A program made the translations under genes and the position numbers. The notes under the pieces were generated by a model that had not been told where the DNA came from, did no database searches, and saw nothing but the letters and a program-made list of their open reading frames with translations. Of a stretch of DNA of 43,385 bases, positions 41,965-43,385 are shown piece after piece. The stretch comes from a virus: positions 1-43,385 of the IMG/VR virus record IMGVR_UViG_3300045988_116410; one strand, 5' to 3'. Every line of letters starts with the position of its first letter. Within the stretch, counting starts at the first letter, position 1.

Positions 41965-42040
41965 TAGACGGTGCGAGAATCGAACCCGCCGCCCGCGCCA
42001 CGTCTGCTAAACGCCCGCGCGAACGCTCACCAAAGCCGCC
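41965..42040 (-). ncRNA. degenerate tRNA-like element TLE-7
   Basis: Good T-arm GCGGG-UUCGAUU-CUCGC (41973-41989). Only 5 acceptor pairs (AGACG/CGUCU). The CUU-UGGU-GAG module is displaced about 20 nt to the 5' side. Contains a 9-nt direct repeat GCGCGGGCG. Confidence 0.3.
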
Positions 42041-42325
42041 CTAGTCCACTAACGACGCGCACCACAATTAACCGACCGGGAAACTCAAGGACGGTCCTAA
42101 CAACAGCAGTAAAGCGATAGGCCACGGCCCGCGCCCCTACAGACGGGGGCCGCCGCTCAAAACCTCGGAACCACTGCGATAGGCGAGAACGCGCCAAGGC
42201 GAAAAAACCACTCTGTAATTCACAACCAAGCCCCTCTCAAAGAGGGAAGATCAAACACACACCCAATCCAACGAAACGCCAAGGCCGGGGGCCTCTTTGC
42301 TCGCTCTCTCGGGGGCGATGAAATA

Positions 42326-42354
42326 AATGTACACCGCCCGCCGCCTGACTGCAA
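42326..42354 (-). promoter_or_regulatory. candidate promoter for the leftward operon (TTGCAG, 17 nt spacer, TACATT)
   Basis: Minus-strand hexamers at 42354-42349 and 42331-42326. Pattern match only. Confidence 0.25.
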
Positions 42355-42719
42355 ACTAAACGCCGCATCGTGAGACGTCAAACGGTCACACTCTGAGATA
42401 GGCGCAGAAACACACCGCAAACAGTTCGCCAGCATTACACGCCGGCCGCCAACTGTCAAACCGCAATTAGGGGCCATCGCGGGGGCCATTAGTTAAATGA
42501 GACGCTAATCACACTACCCGTGAATTAGTCCTACCCAAACACGCACGAGCGCGCGCGTAACACATGGCGACGTTATTGTCAATTCAATTAGCGGAATAGT
42601 GGCACAATAGACAAATAGAATTGCGCATACCCTATGTGTGCGAATTGCGCAAGCACATTAACCGAATAGCAACATAACAATTCAATAGCAAATTGACTTC
42701 AATTACAAAAACAATTCTT

Positions 42720-42777
42720 TGCGATAAATAAAGCAATTAAACGAGCAATTAAATAGCCAATCAACCAAGCGATTAAA
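42720..42777. repeat. iteron-like repeats AGC(A/G)AT(T)AAA at 12/12/24-bp spacing
   Basis: GCGATAAATA 42721, AGCAATTAAA 42732, AGCAATTAAA 42744, AGCGATTAAA 42768, inside the AT-rich zone 42540-42850. Confidence 0.6.
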
Positions 42778-43189
42778 TACAAGCCAAGCGCAGCGACTAG
42801 ACAGCGCGGGAATTGAACAAAGAATTGCAGACGAATAGGGGGCTATAACCCCGCAAGAATTGCCCCTAGATACCACACGGTCATAGCAAAAAATATCCGC
42901 GACGGGTTACAAGCTTTCCATGTCAACCAATTCGCCACGCCGCGCGCCGCTTGACTGCTAATCGTAACACGCCCGTCCCCGGACTCGCAACCCCGGTCGC
43001 AGCCCATGCCCCCGGCTCTTGGTGAGGGGGTTTCTGGCGAATGGCTTGTTTCTGCGGATTTGGACGCGATGCCATGATCGCCCACGCGTGACATGTGTCT
43101 CATTATTGAAAAATGTGCGCGGTGACCAGGGTTCCGAAAACAGACTATATAGTGAGAGGGTAAAAGCCCTTGGGGGGTAGGGGGGCAAG

Positions 43190-43208
43190 TATATATATAA
43201 ATATATAT
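43190..43208. repeat. pure A/T alternating tract TATATATATAAATATATAT
   Basis: Read directly. Immediately followed by CTTAAGTCTTAAG. Confidence 0.8.
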
Positions 43209-43298
43209 CTTAAGTCTTAAGCTAATGTTTAAAGCTCTCTATCTCAAGTCCTCTAGTTCACGACTTATGGTTTATAGCTCATGGTTTCTATCTTATAG

Positions 43299-43385
43299 TT
43301 CTGTCGTTGCTTTAAGTCTTAAGACGTAATTAGTATTGATTCTAATTCTGTCGTTGCTTTAAGTCTTAAGACGTAATTAGTATTG
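43299..43385. repeat. tandem repeat, period 47 bp: two 40-nt units (43299-43338, 43346-43385), each containing the palindrome GTCTTAAGAC
   Basis: Unit TTCTGTCGTTGCTTTAAGTCTTAAGACGTAATTAGTATTG occurs twice. A partial third copy (TGTCGTTGC) lies at 62-70 across the junction. The related CTTAAGTCTTAAG lies at 43209-43221. Confidence 0.85.

Noticed and set aside
42220-43188. Minus-strand ORFs 42220..42489, 42843..43103 and 42958..43188 in the right-end region.
   Set aside because: They have no RBS and odd composition (Cys/Arg/Ser/Pro-rich). They lie in repeat-rich non-coding DNA and mutually overlap. Evidence is insufficient to call them genes.
43299-43385. The 47-bp tandem repeat considered as a possible CRISPR array.
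   Set aside because: There are only two to three units with a 7-nt gap, no unique spacers of spacer length, and no cas genes. Its location at the packaging end fits terminase-site repeats.

Overview
The window is a complete, terminally redundant phage genome. Bases 1-55 are identical to 43331-43385, so the unique length is 43330 bp. It looks like a temperate siphovirus of a GC-rich Gram-positive (actinobacterial-type) host; the genus cannot be determined from sequence alone.

Layout:
- 141-22077 (+): late genes. HNH endonuclease, small terminase, NrdH-like glutaredoxin, tRNA-Leu(CAA), large terminase, portal, MuF-like protein, scaffold, capsid, connector proteins, major tail, G/T chaperones, a 1624-aa tape measure, minor tail proteins, amidase endolysin, holin.
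- 22163-30289 (+): DNA metabolism. DEDD exonuclease, Cas4/RecB-like nuclease, DnaB/RecA-like ATPase, PD-(D/E)xK resolvase-like nuclease, a primase split over two frames, and a sigma-like HTH protein.
- 30290-30538: convergent junction with a terminator and a candidate attP.
- 30539-41895 (-): tyrosine integrase followed by about 25 small genes in one long leftward operon.
- 42050-43385: non-coding right end of about 1.3 kb, AT-rich, with iteron-like and terminal repeats.

Most notable observations:
1. Six clear and one degenerate tRNA-like elements (acceptor stem, D-like hairpin, T-arm, no anticodon arm) occupy every intergenic gap of the leftward operon between 38.7 and 42.0 kb.
2. Nine tandem diverged paralogous small genes lie next to the integrase.
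3. The late arm has an extreme G/T-ending (NNK-like) codon bias with UUG as the Leu codon, matching the phage tRNA-Leu(CAA). A C-ending codon regime starts abruptly at 25.8 kb.
4. The primase is split or frameshifted.

No rRNA, CRISPR array or transposon was seen.
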